A program made the position numbers and the translations under genes. The notes under the pieces were generated by a model. The model was not told where the DNA came from and did not search any database. It saw nothing but the letters and a program-made list of their open reading frames with translations. Shown here one piece after another: positions 1 through 15,000 of a DNA stretch of 64,000 bases (position 1 is its first letter; each line of letters opens with the position of its first letter). The stretch comes from a virus. The stretch is from positions 48,135 through 112,134 of the IMG/VR virus record IMGVR_UViG_3300025120_000001. One strand, written 5' to 3'.

Positions 1-3000
1 ACTATCTTCTCCTGGGTTAGCCTCTTTAACTGTTTCTTTTACTGAGTTATTTGTAGGTCTTTCTCCAAATATAAAACCAACAGGAGTTTGCGCAACTGAT
101 CCCATGATATCAACTTCTATGTATTCAGCAAAAGTACCTGTGGCAATATCTTGAGATAATCCTTCTCCTATATTACCATACTCTGGACCAGCATGTCTAA
201 CTAATTGGAAATATCTTGTTTGACCATCTACCATGAATCCCATAACTTGCGGAAACTCAGCAATAGATCTCTCTCCTTTTCCTTCATAAACAGTTCTTAG
301 CTTAAATCCTTTCTTTACTTGCGTTACATTTGATCCATATTTCTTTCCTTTATCTTTAGCTATTTTAGCAAACTTTCTAGTTTCAAACTCATCATTCTTT
401 TCAAACTTTGGTCTAGCTGAAATACCCTTATATAAATCTACTGTGATAGTAGCTCTGTCAAATTGATCATTTAAATATAAAGCTTGATTCTTTGCTTTTC
501 TATTTACTTCTTTTCCTTCTTTCTTTACTTGTTTATCTGTAAGTCCAACAGCTTGGTATCCAAAATTGTCTTCCATTTTTTGAAGAAGGTCATCGTAAAG
601 CTCTACACTAAATTCCTGGAGTCCCATTAATTCAGCATTATCTATTTCATTCTGAATCATTACACCTCCACTAAAGCTATCTATATTTTGCTTTATCTTT
701 TCAATCTGTTGTTGTATCTCATTAGATGCTGTATTTATTTCAGCACCCGTGTAGTAGCTTTCTTTATTATTAGATAAATCTTTTTTAATAACTATGCTGA
801 TAACATTATTAGCACCCCTAACAGCTTTACTATTTGAGGTACCTGTTCCGGATTCATTATCAAATATAACAAATAGTTTATCCGGGTTGCTTTCTACATA
901 GTCTAAAGTAAATGGTTTTCTAGCTTGATTAACTAATGACTTACCGTTAAATACAGCACTAGAAGACATTGACTTTTTCTTTAAAAGTTTTGCCGTTTTA
1001 GGATGTAATCCATATTCTCTTATAAAGTTTAATTTTAGATCTCTAAATGACATTCCAAAGTTGGCCATCATTTGAGCATCATCCATTGCAGCAAATGCTT
1101 GAGATGTACTTGGTAAAGTAGACATATAATCAGCAAACATTTCCGGGTTTATGGAAGCTATTATACTTCTATACACAGGTTGCAATCCATCTTTCACTAT
1201 CATATAGTTTAAGACTTTCATTGATAACGCTCTAGTTAATGGATCCGCATATAACTCTTGAAATCCATTTTGCACATCCAGCTTTTGAGAGTCATTTAAA
1301 GGAGTAAGTGTATTTGCAGTAAGCATGCTAATACCAGTCTTGTTACCTTCAGACGTAGCAGATTCAGGTCTTATAAACCCATCTAAAAAGAAGTTGTACT
1401 TGTCTCCGTTCAATTCTTTTATTTCGTCATATGTATCTACAATATCTTTAGTTCCCTCTTCTGGATATAATAAAGTGTTTGTTGGGATTCCTAAAACAGA
1501 CATTGGATTATTATTTAAATAATTTAAATAACCTTGCAATGTTATATAAGAAAGCATATCATTATTTATTACCGCTCTCTCATCTTTGGTAAATCTTTTA
1601 TAGTTTGTGTCAAGTGATGAAAATATATTTTTAAAACCAGCGCTTTCATCTAAAAATACTTTTGGTAATATGCTGCCTACAAATTCATCATGTATATCTA
1701 ACATTCCTCTTTGCCATCTATCTGCGGAAAATACAGGTCTTAAATCAAATATAGGCATCTCATTTGGTGGTAACATATCAAATTCAGCATCTGTTAAATC
1801 TATACCAAGGTCTTCTCTAGCTTTAGAAACTTTGTATACATCGTTTGTATCTTTACCAAATCCTTTTGCTAAATTAAGGAGATCCCCCATTGGTCTTAAG
1901 AAACCTGAAACATCAAATGCTTTTACAAATTGATCTAGAATGGCATAATCTCTAAGTACTTGTTCTCTAGTTATAGCTTCAACTCCATTGTCGGCAGCTC
2001 TATCAACTTTATCTTCAAGTTCTTCTTCTGATTTATATTTCAGCATAGGATCCTGAGATCCATCAATTAAAGAAGCTTGACTAACACCAGTAGCTCCAAA
2101 ATCTTCTTCTGTTGCTAAATCATAAGTTGCAGCCGCTGCTTTAAGACTATCCATCTTATCTTCAATGAATTCCTTAACATCAAATTCAAAAGCCGGAGCT
2201 CTTTTTTCTAGTTGATACGCTTCTCTTATTGTTGGATGATTCATCATTGCTACAGATGTTCTAATAGGTACACCCATTGCACTCATTGTTGTAACAATAG
2301 CTAATGCATTTCTACTAAGACCAAGTTTAGCGGCAAGTCTTTCTTTAGCGTTATCCGTCATTGCCGTAATTAACGCAGATATAATATATTGTTTTCTTCT
2401 ACCTAACGTACCATCTTCTTTTAACTCTTTAGATCTATCTACTGTTTTTCCATTTACCTTGTCTTCATTAAATAGACCATTGTAAACTTGACCTCCAATA
2501 TTTAGTTCATAGCCTCCACCTGGAATCATTTTAATGCCTTCTTCTTGAATAAGACTTAGATATAAGTTTGGTAGTACCGCAGCTCCAATTGATTTTGCAC
2601 CCTCTTTATTGTTTGCAAAACCTTTCCATTTACCAAATAAATTATTAGCATCAATACCATCCTCACTTAACATCTCAGCTAGCTGAGGAACTTCTCCACT
2701 TATCCAGCTCCAGGTATCTTTTAATATTTCCATATCAGCAGGCTCATAAGAAATAGCAGATTGATCACCGTCTCTTGTAGTATTTCCAGCATGTCCCATC
2801 ATAGAATATTTGAAATCTAATATCTCATTATTATATCCTGATGAAAATGGATATCTACCTGTTTTTTTATGATAGCTTTTAAAAGCTTTCTCATTCATTG
2901 GCAAGTTTAGCATTCTCAATGCTTTTATAGCATTAGGAGAAAACCCTAATTTTCTTGCTGCTTCTAGATCTTTATCTGATAGTGAATTTTTTGTTCTATC

Positions 3001-6000
3001 ATTTGCTTTTGCCGCAGCTTCAGCAAAAGTACTTCCTGATTTTTGAACAGCTTTATTAACCCATTTAAGATAACTTTCAAAGTCATTAGTGTATTCCTTA
3101 ATAACCTTTTGCATTTTAGGTTTTGTATAAGGCTTACCTTTAACTCTAAGTTTATCTTTTATTATTGAACGGCTTGGTTGTGTACCTCTTATATAGATTC
3201 TTTTATTATCACCTCTCTTGTGAGGAATTTCATAATAAGTAGCTCCATCTTTAGTTGTACCAAGAGCTTCTTGTATTTCTCCAAAGTTTTTACCTCTACC
3301 CCCGTCTTTAATTAAGTTTAATTGTTCTTGAGCTTGTGCTAGATTATCTACAACCCAAATATCAACAGGATCTCCCGTAGCATCAACTTCTGTTTTATGC
3401 TCATACATATCAACAACAACATCATAAATTTTAGTTTTTTCTTTTGTTGCTTCTAATGTTGTATAGCCATCCTTCATTTGGATGTACAACTTATCAATAT
3501 CAAAATCGGCCCCTGACACCTCAACCAGTTCTCTTGCTGAAACAATAGTTGAACCATAAAATACCGGTAGAAAATCTACAACTTTTATATTTACTGTTGA
3601 ATGATTATCCTGAGATGGAATACGTATACCAAACATTTTAGATAAAACTTCAGGTATTGATTTACTAGGAACTTGATCATACATTGTATATGCATCCTTT
3701 GAATGAACCGGCATCATAGATTCTGTATACTTTATACCTGTATACTCGCCATCTTTATACTCTTTCATATCAGGTCTAAGTCTATCTTTTACTATAATAA
3801 ACTCACCCTCCTTCATATTTTTGAGTCTTTCATTAAGACTATCAAACTTATCTTGATTGTCATCAGATAAATCTAAAACTTCATTTCCGTATTTCTGAAC
3901 ATCATCTATAGAATAATTATTCTGAAAATCATCAGTCCTTATAATCTCTTGTCTATCTATATAAGATTTTCCGTCTACTTGTTCTGTGCTATATATCTTT
4001 CTATATTGCTTGAACCCATAATCAGAAAGCAATGCTGCTGCTGTACCTGGTAGCTTTTCAGACATTACGCCTTTACTAAAATAGCTTAAGAATAGTTGTT
4101 TAAACTTTTGGGCTACTATAGGTGTATCCTGAGCAAAATCAAAATTTGGATTACCTTCTTCATCAAAGCTGAAGAACTCCAATAACTGAGCAGATGAAGC
4201 GCTTGCCTTTAATGCTGTTTGTGCATACTTAAGGAATGATATAAGATCCGGACTAAGTTTTTTAGCGTCTATAGATTTATGCAACTCATCCATTGCATAG
4301 TCAGATTCCATATCAAAATTAAGATTTCTTTTATCTAAATACTTCTGTTTAAGTCTTGAATCTACAGCTCTATTATAAGCTAGCTTAATAGCGCCAATAG
4401 TTGTAAGCTCACCATTAAGTATAACTTCTGTATTATCACTTTGCTCTCCTGTTATAAGAGTTTTGATTTGAGTAGGATCAATGATCTCAGATTTATTTGA
4501 TGGATTTAATACTTGAAGACCCATGTAATTAGCATCCAATTCCATAACTTGATCATCACCAAAACTTTCATCTGTTTCACTAGTTGATTCAAAGTCTAAT
4601 CTTCTAGCCATGTAGCTACCTGTATTTGCAGGGCCCAATAACTTAGATTCTTTTTGAGTTATTGTATTACCTGAACCAACAAGAGCATCAATTGGTGTTA
4701 TGTTTTTCTTCATCATCTTTAGTGCAGATAATGGTGCAACCATTGCTACAGTATCTATACCTTTATCTAACTGATCTTGCTCATATTGTTCCATCTTAAC
4801 CCTCATATTATGAAGATCTTCTCTACCGGGCTTAGCTACCCAGTTACCGTTTTTATCTTTATAAGAAGTTAATGCTTTAGTAAGAGGTACAACTGAAAAT
4901 TTATCAAAGACTTTACCATCACCATAAACAAGCTTTTTAGAGTTAAGCATTTCTTGTTTCTTAACGGCTCCTGCTGCACCAAATATTTCATCAACAGATA
5001 TATCTGCGCCATCTTCTATTTTATTTAAAAGAGCTGATTGTGTTTCTGTTAATTTACCAAACCCAAACCACATGTATCTAAATGCTTTAAGACTCATCCA
5101 GTTTTGGGCATCTGCTTGTTCTATATCTTCACCTGTATGTATTGATGTACCTATCGGATCTGTTGTAGCAAACATTGATATTTTTTGTAATGGATTTAGA
5201 ATACCATGTTGAGGTGATGCAATTCTACTAGCCGCACTATAGTATGCGGCATTTTGCATCTTAGCTCTTTTAACTGCATCAACGGCATCTTTAAGAGTTA
5301 AAGCCTGATCTCCTAAAAGAACATCATTCATTGAAGAAGTATTAATCCAATCATTAATGAATATCTGTTTAGTATTGTAAGTCCTGTTTCCAGTTAAATT
5401 TAACTTTTCATTAGCTCTTTGAAACTCCGCTTCACTACCTGTAGAGTTTTCATTTCTTTGAACACCTTGACTTAAAAACTTTGGTAACTCTAATATTGGT
5501 TTACCATTTTCATCTATTCTGTAAAACTCACTATTAATATCTCTGTTAAATTGAACAAACTCTTGATCAATTCTTGAACGCATATATGCTCTAAGTTGTT
5601 TTTTGTCTTTACCTATTTTACTGAGGGCGCTATCTAACGTTAACACTTCCCTTTGATCTGCAGGTAATGCTGCATTTTCTCTTATTAATTTTTCTAATTC
5701 AGCCGCATAATTAAAGGTTCTAACATTTAATAAATCTCGTATAGCTGTAGCTATATCATAATCTTCTTGTTCAGCTGCTTGCTTCTCTCTTTCTACTAAT
5801 TGTTCATTATCTAATTCTAAAATGTTTTCATCAACAAGTTCATATACATAAAATTCTTTATTACCTTCAATAAAGTCTTTCATCTTGTCTGATTCTACCC
5901 AGTATGTATTATTACCAACTGTTGCTTCTTTTATGTGAGTTGTTGTTTTATTATCAGATATAGCGTCTCCTAATTTATCATATATGTTTGTCATTGTCAG

Positions 6001-9000
6001 CTGACTAACTTTTCTAGATCCTACTAGTTTTACTCTGTTAAACGTTGCTTTATCTCCTTTCTTCTTTACAAACTTCTTTTTCTTTTTTATTTCCTTGACT
6101 TCACCTATTGACATTTCTAGGTTAGTTGATTCACCTTCAGCAAAGAACCCCATAGATGTTGCCCCTTGTTCATCTTTGATAAATATTTTTTGAGTTCCAG
6201 CTCTAAGTCTAGCAACGGTTGCTTCAGTATCTAGCAATCTTCCAGTTTCAAGCTGCGTAGAAGGGCTATCTTTTGGACTTAATACAAGCTTGTTGTTAGT
6301 AAATTTAAAAGCTCTATTGTATCCAATAATCTTACCGCTCTTGTCTCTTATTTCTACTTGTCTATTCTGACCATCTTTAGTAGCATTATACCCAGGATGA
6401 AGCTCTTCAGTTCTGGTAGCAGGATCTAACTCTCTTTGAATCCTTGCAAATTCCCCTTCAATATTTTTTTCATATGCATCTAATGCTGCATCAGTAACTT
6501 CAGCATCACCTTGAGCATTAGTCTTAACCGCTTGTATGATAGGTAATTCAACCATATCCCCTGTGTTAGATGCTTCTATTACTCTTAGTAATACAGGAGC
6601 CAATGCTATCATTTCATCTTGACCTTCTGGGATAACCCCTCTTTTAATTTTACCGGACTTAGGATTAACCCCTGCCGTATAAGCACTTAATAAAGCATGT
6701 AAAATTTGTTTAGGGTTAAAGTCACCGTAGTTTACACCTTCTTCATTTCTATCATATTTTTCAACAACCCCACCATCTCCGTCTACTTCAATTCCTCTAC
6801 TAGCCTTACTACCTGCTATTCTTGTTACTTTCAATAAACCTTCTCTAGACATTTGCCTAAATGCCGGGTCATTTAATAAATAATTACTAGCAAGGTATGG
6901 ATCTTTGTCAATGAGATCTTGAAGAGCCTTAGCGTTATTATCTACATCATTTAATTGAGCTATTCTTTTTAAATGGAATGTGGGTAATTGATGAGCATAA
7001 ACTAAATCTCCAGCTGGGTTTTTAAAGACCGAAGAACCAACTGTTTCATCAAACATTGAGTTACCTAAACCAAGTTTACGCAATCTATTGTAAACACCTT
7101 CTTCTCCAGTTTGAGACATTAGATTTTCATTTGCATCAAATTGTTCTTTCATGTAAACAATATCATCCCACTCAATGCTTATTACATCTGTTCTAGAATT
7201 TAAAATTTGTTGTTGCCATTTTGTTGGGCCTAATCTTTTCTTTCCTTTAGCTGCTGTTTCTTTTTGCAACTTAGTAGGTTGTACTATATTACCTGCAATG
7301 CTATATTGTATGTAATCAGGGTGTAGCTTAATACCCATAGTTTTAGATAACACCTCTGAAACTTTTACAGCAACTTCAGCTAATTTTTTATTTGATATAT
7401 AACCAATTGGATCTTTTGGATTTAAGTAATCTAATAATACATCAAGCTGGTCTGATGCGTCATCTTTCAATGCCGGATCTGATAAATACAATCTTCTTCT
7501 ATGTTTATATTCAGTTTCCCATTTTTCAACTTGAGTATGTGCATCATCTCTATTAGCAGCAGAGTAAGCTAAAGTTTGACCGTCTGCTGTATTAGTGTGT
7601 AAGAATAAATAATCAACTTTAAAGTTTTCAAAACCTTTAAGTAGCGCCTGAAATAATAAATTGTCATTAGTTTCTCCTGGAATTATTCCATTTTCTAATT
7701 GATCTTCCCATACTAAACCTAAATCATTAAATAGTTTTTCTTGAACTGCTTTAGTTTGAGGATTATTTTGAGAGAACATATAGATTTGCTGTAATATTCT
7801 TACGGGATCTGATGTACCACTAGCAGCTTTTAAGAATCCTGAATATGCAGAAGCAAAATCTACAGGAATAATAATTTTTATTCTATCATCCGGATCCGCC
7901 TCTGGGTTAATATATTCATTGCCAAATTCATCTTTTTCAGATAGTGTAGTTGTAGCTATATACTTTCTTAGGAATGATGATAATGATCTAGTACCTCCTA
8001 CTTGAGACGCATCTTTTCCATACTGCTCAGTAGTTCTAAGACCATACTCCATTTCGTTCTCCATGTCAAGATCATCCATCATCTCTAACTTAATGTCATA
8101 TAGCTCAAGTTCTTGAACAACTGAATCTACTATATCTTTTCTAAAGTTTTCAAATGCATTTGTAATATTTGACAAGTTTAACAATTGCTGCGTTGATACA
8201 TTAGCATACTGAGCATTATCAATATTGTATAAAGCTTTAAATGCATCTATAGATTCCTCAACTGTATCTACAATGTTAAAATTAGGATCTTCATTAAACA
8301 TTTCTAAATCAACAACCCTTGCTGTTATAGCTGAAACTATTCCTCTACCTTGTTTATTAGGTATTGTTTTATATACTTCTTTACCTTTTGCTGGCGTTGA
8401 TGAACTATATCTAAGCAGTTTACTTGCATCCAGCGTAATACCCATAGTAGCTGAATCTGTAAAAGGATTAGATACTGCTTGACTATTCTTAAACTTTCCT
8501 GCACTGATATCTTTATATAAAGCTTGAAGTTGTGTAGCGTTATACTTTCCAAGAACGTTTCTGATCCACTCAAGTATTTTATTAAATAAAGACTTGATGA
8601 AAGAATCTGTTTTTGTTTTAGCTGGACTTTGTTTGAATATTTCAAACTGATCTGCCATATACTCTTCCAAGTACTCTTTCTCAAGACTTTCTTGACTCCA
8701 GTTTCTATATTTATTGATATCACCATTTCTTAATTTTTCTAGCTCTACTTTTAAGCTCTTACCTTCTGATCTTAGTTTAGATAATACTTCTGTTTTGGCC
8801 AGCTTGTAGTAAACATTTTGTTGATCTGAATTTAATAACATTCTAAATACAGCATGGAATGCTTCATGGTATGCGTACTTAGATGTTGCACCTACGTATA
8901 ACTTACCGTTTATTTTTTCATTACCTGCTATTCTACTCATAGCCATAACAAAAGCACCTACTCTTTCTCCTCCAGATTTCATATTGTCTCCTAGAGTTCT

Positions 9001-12000
9001 TATATCTTCTATAGAAATAAAGTCTGGGAGATTAGATGAAGCCCAAGATAAAAATTCATCTATATGTTTTAGATCTTCAAGATTTAAATTGTCTGATATT
9101 TTGTTTGCTGTATTACCTAAATCAGATTCTACTTTAGCTAATTGTTTTTGAAGTTTTATAATTTCTTTATCACTCAATAGCTTTTTCATGATCTCGCTAT
9201 TCTTTAGTTTACCTACTGAGTCTTTTCTTATTTTTACTTGTCTTACTTCTATCTTAGCTAGTAAGTTATTTCTTTCTGCTATTAAAGCCGCTCTATCCTT
9301 TTGAACAGCGCCTGTATCTGAAGTAGCTGCATTAGATGTAGGATTATCTACATTGTACTTTGTTTTAGATAGCAATCTAATAGATGTTCCCATTGGAGAA
9401 CCTAGTATCTCCAACTCTCTAATTGTTAAAGCCTTTTCTCCTTGTTCAGAAAGTTTTTGCGCTAAGTATTCTCTTTGATCTTTACTAAGACCCTGAAAGT
9501 CATTTGATTTTTGTTTATCATATTCTTCTTGACTTAGCTCTTCAATACTTGCAATCTCAGCAGCTGGGCCATCCGAAGCAGTTGGACCATCTTCAGTTTC
9601 AGCTTCTTCACTTGGACTAGTGTTACCATCAGCGCTTGTTGATCTACCTGTGGTAGTCATAGATATTATAGCTGTATTTTTTATGTCTGAAACTTGTACC
9701 CCTTTAATGTTTGCTATTAATTTAGAAGCCCCTCTTACATTTGGAGATATTTGTGTAGTAACAGACTGCTCAATTTCTTCTGTAGTAACATTCTTATCAA
9801 ATGAAATTTTAAATGCATCCTTTTTAAGCTGACCATTTTTTTGAAGATTTTCAAAGAATACTTTTTTCTTTGCAAATGCTTTATCAGTAACATCTATATT
9901 ACTTATGTAATCATTATAGTTAGTTATTAAAGCTTCTATAAATTTTTCTTTATTATCAAACTCAGCATACTCTTGCACTTGTTCAGCTGACATTATAATA
10001 TTATGAGACTGCTTTAATTTTCTATCATAAGCTCTAATAAATACTGAACCATTAGCTCCTACATTAACTTCAAATGTATAGCCAGGTTTACTCGCCATAT
10101 AAAATCCAGGTGAATCCTGTACTTCTCCAGCATTAACTTCTTGATTAAATATAGAATTAAACTTTAGATCTTTAGTTTGCTTTGTCTTCTTACCTTTCTT
10201 TACCTCTACCTCTTGTACATTTTCTTTTAATGTTTCCGCAGATCTTTTTATTAAAGTCTCCGCAAGTGCTGCCGTTCCTTCTGTACTCAAAGAGTCTGAC
10301 TTGATTGGAAAATATGAATATACACCAGAAGAACTTTTTACAACCATCACATATCTAGAAGCATTAGATGCACCGGAATAAAGATTTGGATTTTGAGCAT
10401 TCATTTCCGCTATAATCTTTTTCTTTACTTTAGATCCTTCTCCTCTTTCAGCATTAGTAATAAATCTAGTTGATACAGTACCGTCCTTACCTTTTTTGTT
10501 TTCTAAAACTACTGTTACACCATCAACACCTTGAACATTAAGATCTAATACCGGTTTATCTTTCTTGTCAAACACTAGTTCACCAGGTGTAGTAAAAAAG
10601 TTTACACCACCAATATCTTCTAAAGTTGTTACTAGAGATTCTGAGTCTCCCATTTTTTCTGCAATAGAGTTCATTATTTGAAACTGTATTGCAAAGTTTC
10701 TTTGTATATCGGAAGCTGCAGTTTCAGCAGGTCCTGAATAGTTAAACAAATCTTTTATTTGATCTTTAGTTATAGACAAAGGATTAATAGCCTGGCCATT
10801 TGCATCTGTTAATATCACATCCCCATTTGGTATATACCCAACCATTCCAGTTGCTTTTCCTTCCGCATCCATAGCAATAGGTATCCCAGCTTCTTCAAGT
10901 TTTGCATTTATTCTTTTTGATGTTGAGCTTTTTAATTTTAATCCAATGTTATATGGTGACTTAGTTGTCCTAATAAATGGATTTTTTTCTTTATCCTCAA
11001 ACTTAAGATAGCCCCCTTCTCTATCAAGTATTGCACCACCTTGTTCGTTTTTAGTAACTATAACTTCTAGCTCATTGAGTTCTTTCTCAGTTAGGTTTTT
11101 AAGTATAAAGTCATATCTTCTTCTACCTATCTCTAGAACTTCTTGGTAATTAGTTGTTGCATCGTTTCTATGTGGTATAGCAGCTGTTGCTTCATCCACT
11201 CTTAACTTACTTGCATTTGCTGGTAATTTTGCTTTACCTGCATTAAATACTTCAGGGGTAAACCTTTTTAAGAAGTCTCCTTCTTTTAGTCTTGTTGCTT
11301 TTTTAATACGTTGTTTAGGATCTAAAGTATAAGCCTTGCCTTCTTCTAGAACCAATAAGTTTCCATACTTTTCTACAGTTGGTTTAGTTGATACAACAAC
11401 ATACCATTTTTTAGTTTTTGAGTCTTGAATTCTATCTCCATAGTTTAATGTCTGACCATCAAACTCAAATGAATCCATTGTAGGTACATAGTTAGATAGT
11501 TTAGCTCTAGCACTTTCAGCTTTTCCTTTGCTTGTAAATCCTTCTGCTAATATTGGATCTAAACCAGCAGCCTCATACATAGCCTCATCTAGAATATTCC
11601 CGGCTTTATCAACTAATACATAAAATGAAGTAGCTTCTTCTGTTTCTGGATTGATAACTAATTTTTCTAAAATATCTATAGTAGCGTTAGATGAATCTTT
11701 ACCTTTAGTTTTATCATCCTCTTCAGTTACACCTTGTTCATCCTTTAATTCTGGTAAAAATATCTTTAATGATATTCCAGTTCTACCGGATGATGCCTCT
11801 TTTAATACTTCACCAACAAGATCATTTGTTCTTTGAAGTGACAACCATTCCTTAAATCCTTTATCTGAATTAAAGACTTCCATTTTAGCATCTCCATCTA
11901 GACCTTGTAGAGTTTGAAACCAAACTTTCTTTAATCCATTGTAGCCTCTCATAATATCTTTTGATAAAGACTCCTCTAAGAATTGCTCCCATGTAGGAAT

Positions 12001-15000
12001 TTTTTTAGCTCCTAGTTTCAGCAACATTCCTCTTTTTTCTTGATATACCCTTTTTAAAACTTCATCAAGATATGGCGATTCACCTGCTGTTTTACCTACC
12101 ATTTTAGAATCTGGTCCTTCTATACCAGCATCATCCAATATAGAGCTTACACTTTGATCTCTTTTAACCGGATCTTGAGCTGACTCTTTTGCTTCTTCAG
12201 CTCTTGTTTCAGCGTCTTTTTTTAATATGTCAGATGCAGTTTGTCTATATACAGAAATAGCAGCTTGAACTTTTTCATATAATACGGGATCATCTATTTG
12301 ATTAACCGGGCCGTCTTGATTAAAGAAGTTTGTTAAATATTTAGGATCTCCTGTAGCTCCAAACAAAAGCATATCTTCTTGACCTAAATATACACCTACA
12401 TTAGCAAATTGATTTAAAAGAACATTTATCTCTTCTTTGTTTATAAATCTTTCAATAGACTCTCTGAATAGGCTCATTTTATTTTTATAAGCAAATTGAA
12501 AGTATAACTCAGATCTTTTTAGCATGTCATTTAAGTACTCGGGATCAGTCATAACCCTAAGCGCTTTATCATACATAAATTGTCTTGCATTCAAATGATC
12601 TGAATCTATAATAAGATCAATGACATCTTTAATCATTTCATTATTAACAAATGCTTTTTTATCCTTACCTATATATTCTAAATACTTTACAATAGCCGGT
12701 GTCAGTTTAGTCTGAAGACTTCTTCTATCAAAGCCTCCGTCTTTTTTCTGACGTTTAGGATCATATAGTATTGCTGAAATATCTTCAAGAAGCTTTAGTT
12801 TTTTAGCTCTTCTATTTTTTTCTCTCTTTGCACCAGGTTGATCTAATACTTCTACCTCAGTTCTAAGAGCAGCCATCTCTTCCATCATGGCTTCTTTTGT
12901 AGTAAGTACAGTTAAATCATTTGCAGCTAGTTCTTTAATAATAGGGTGAGATGCTAACTGATCATATATTTTTTCAGTTCTTTCAGCAGCTCTTTGGAAG
13001 CCATCTTTTGTAAATAGGTATAAATCTCTAGCATGTCTTTGAGCTAAAAACTTTAATGTTTCTTTTTCATGTTGTTTAGACCCCGGTTCATACAAACTTG
13101 GATCTGCAGTAATGGTAAGTTTATCTTTATTTTCATTAAAGTCTTTTTCCATTTGCTCCAATCTCCCCAAATTTTCTTGGATTTGAGATCTTAACTTTCC
13201 TTCTTTAGCTCTAGCTTTTTCAGAAGGGAATGCTTCTGCTAATTCTTGATCGGTTAACTCTAAATAATCTTGAAGTTGCTCTTTAAAAAATTCTTGTTTA
13301 CCTGTTTCAAATAAAGTTTTTAAATTTTGGAACTCTGCCATATCACGAGTATCCATAAAATTCATAATGTCCCCTTCAGATTGAGCTTGCTCCATTGCTT
13401 CACTCGCTTGCTTTTGCACAATGAAATTCATTTGATCTGGATTCATCAATGGATTAGACGGATCCATGGCCATAGAATCTCCATGCTTATTCATGTAAGA
13501 AACAAGATTATCTAAAGTTGTCTTTTTGTTTGCTTTATGTTTATCAAATGCGGCTTTATCTGTACCTATTGTATACAGTGTAGGTATACCTTGGAATATT
13601 GCCTTCTGAGGTAAATTAATTACACCACCCATAAAGAAACCTGACATAAATGTCTCTAAACCTTGAGAGCCCATTTGAGCACCTAAACCAGATGAAAGGG
13701 ATGATGAGAATAAAGCTGAACCGCCAGCCATAGGATCAAATTGTATTGCAGTATAATAATCTTTAACACCTGCAGATACAGCTTCTTGATAAACTTCTTG
13801 CAAACCTTCTGAAATATTTGCAGCCGAATATCTTAAAGCACCATAAGCAGCCATAGTAGCCCCACCTCTTAAACCATCTGATTTTAGTTTTTTAGCTATA
13901 AACTTCCAATTTAGAAAGCTGTCTTCAACACCCTCATAGATACCTTTTTGGACTTGTCTTTTACCTGCATTAGCTCCTTCTTTTACAACTTTTGTTGCAG
14001 CCTTACCTCTTACAATTCTACCAAAGCCTGAATCTATTGATTCTTTAGCTATTTGAGAAAAGCTTCTTTTAAATCCACCAAAAGCATTTCCAAGTAACAA
14101 CTGATTAGACAAGTAAATTACAGGAGCATTCCACATTGTTGTTGTGAATGCGGCTGACTTAGCATCTTGTTCTACCTTTGCCATTTGCTCTGTACTAAGT
14201 TCTTCTCCTAATCCAGCTAGCTTATTCTTTTGTCTTTGTATTAAATAGTTCTTTTGCCATTGCTCTTTATATACAGAACCACCTTCCATTCTACCTTCTG
14301 ATAAAGCAAAGTTTAGAGATCTTGCATCTCTATAAAATCCACCAGCAGTTTTAGAGAACCTAGCCATATTAGTTACATTCTCACCTGCTTTTTTAGTTGT
14401 ATTTAGTGCTTTAAAGGCACCCATTGTTTCAGGCAAGAGTATTTTACCTAGTATATTATCCCCTGACTTTACACCTTGAAAAATATCTCTAACCTTTTCA
14501 ATCTTTTTCATTCCTTGGACAAAGTCTTTTGTTGCTTTGAAAGCTTTACCAACTTTAAAACTTTGACCAATTCTACCTAATGCTTTAGTAAGCTTAGCAA
14601 CATTGTAACCAGTTCTTGCTACAGCTGCTGCACCAGTTGCGGCTGCTGCTGGAGCTCCAACACCACTTGCAGCTAATAATGCAGTACCTCCCCACATTAT
14701 AGCTTCTTCAATTGCAATTGAACCAATGATACCTAAAGTATATCCGGCATTTAAAACAAAATTGTTAAACCCAGCTCCAAACCCATCTCTACTTGAGCTA
14801 CCTATTCTAACAGCATCTTCATATTCTATGGCGCTTTTAAGATCCATTACATCATCTTCAAACCAACCTCTATAAGAGCTTAAATAACCTGTACCTACAA
14901 GTTTAGTAAGCTGACCAAACATTCTACCTGTATCTTCCCATCCACTAGAATTTTCATTATAATATGCTTCATTATCTCTATAAGCATGAAACCCCAATCT

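Noticed and set aside
1325-13515. Short ORFs listed in the track within 1-15 kb
   Set aside because: They are antisense or off-frame shadows of the giant minus-strand RNAP ORF.
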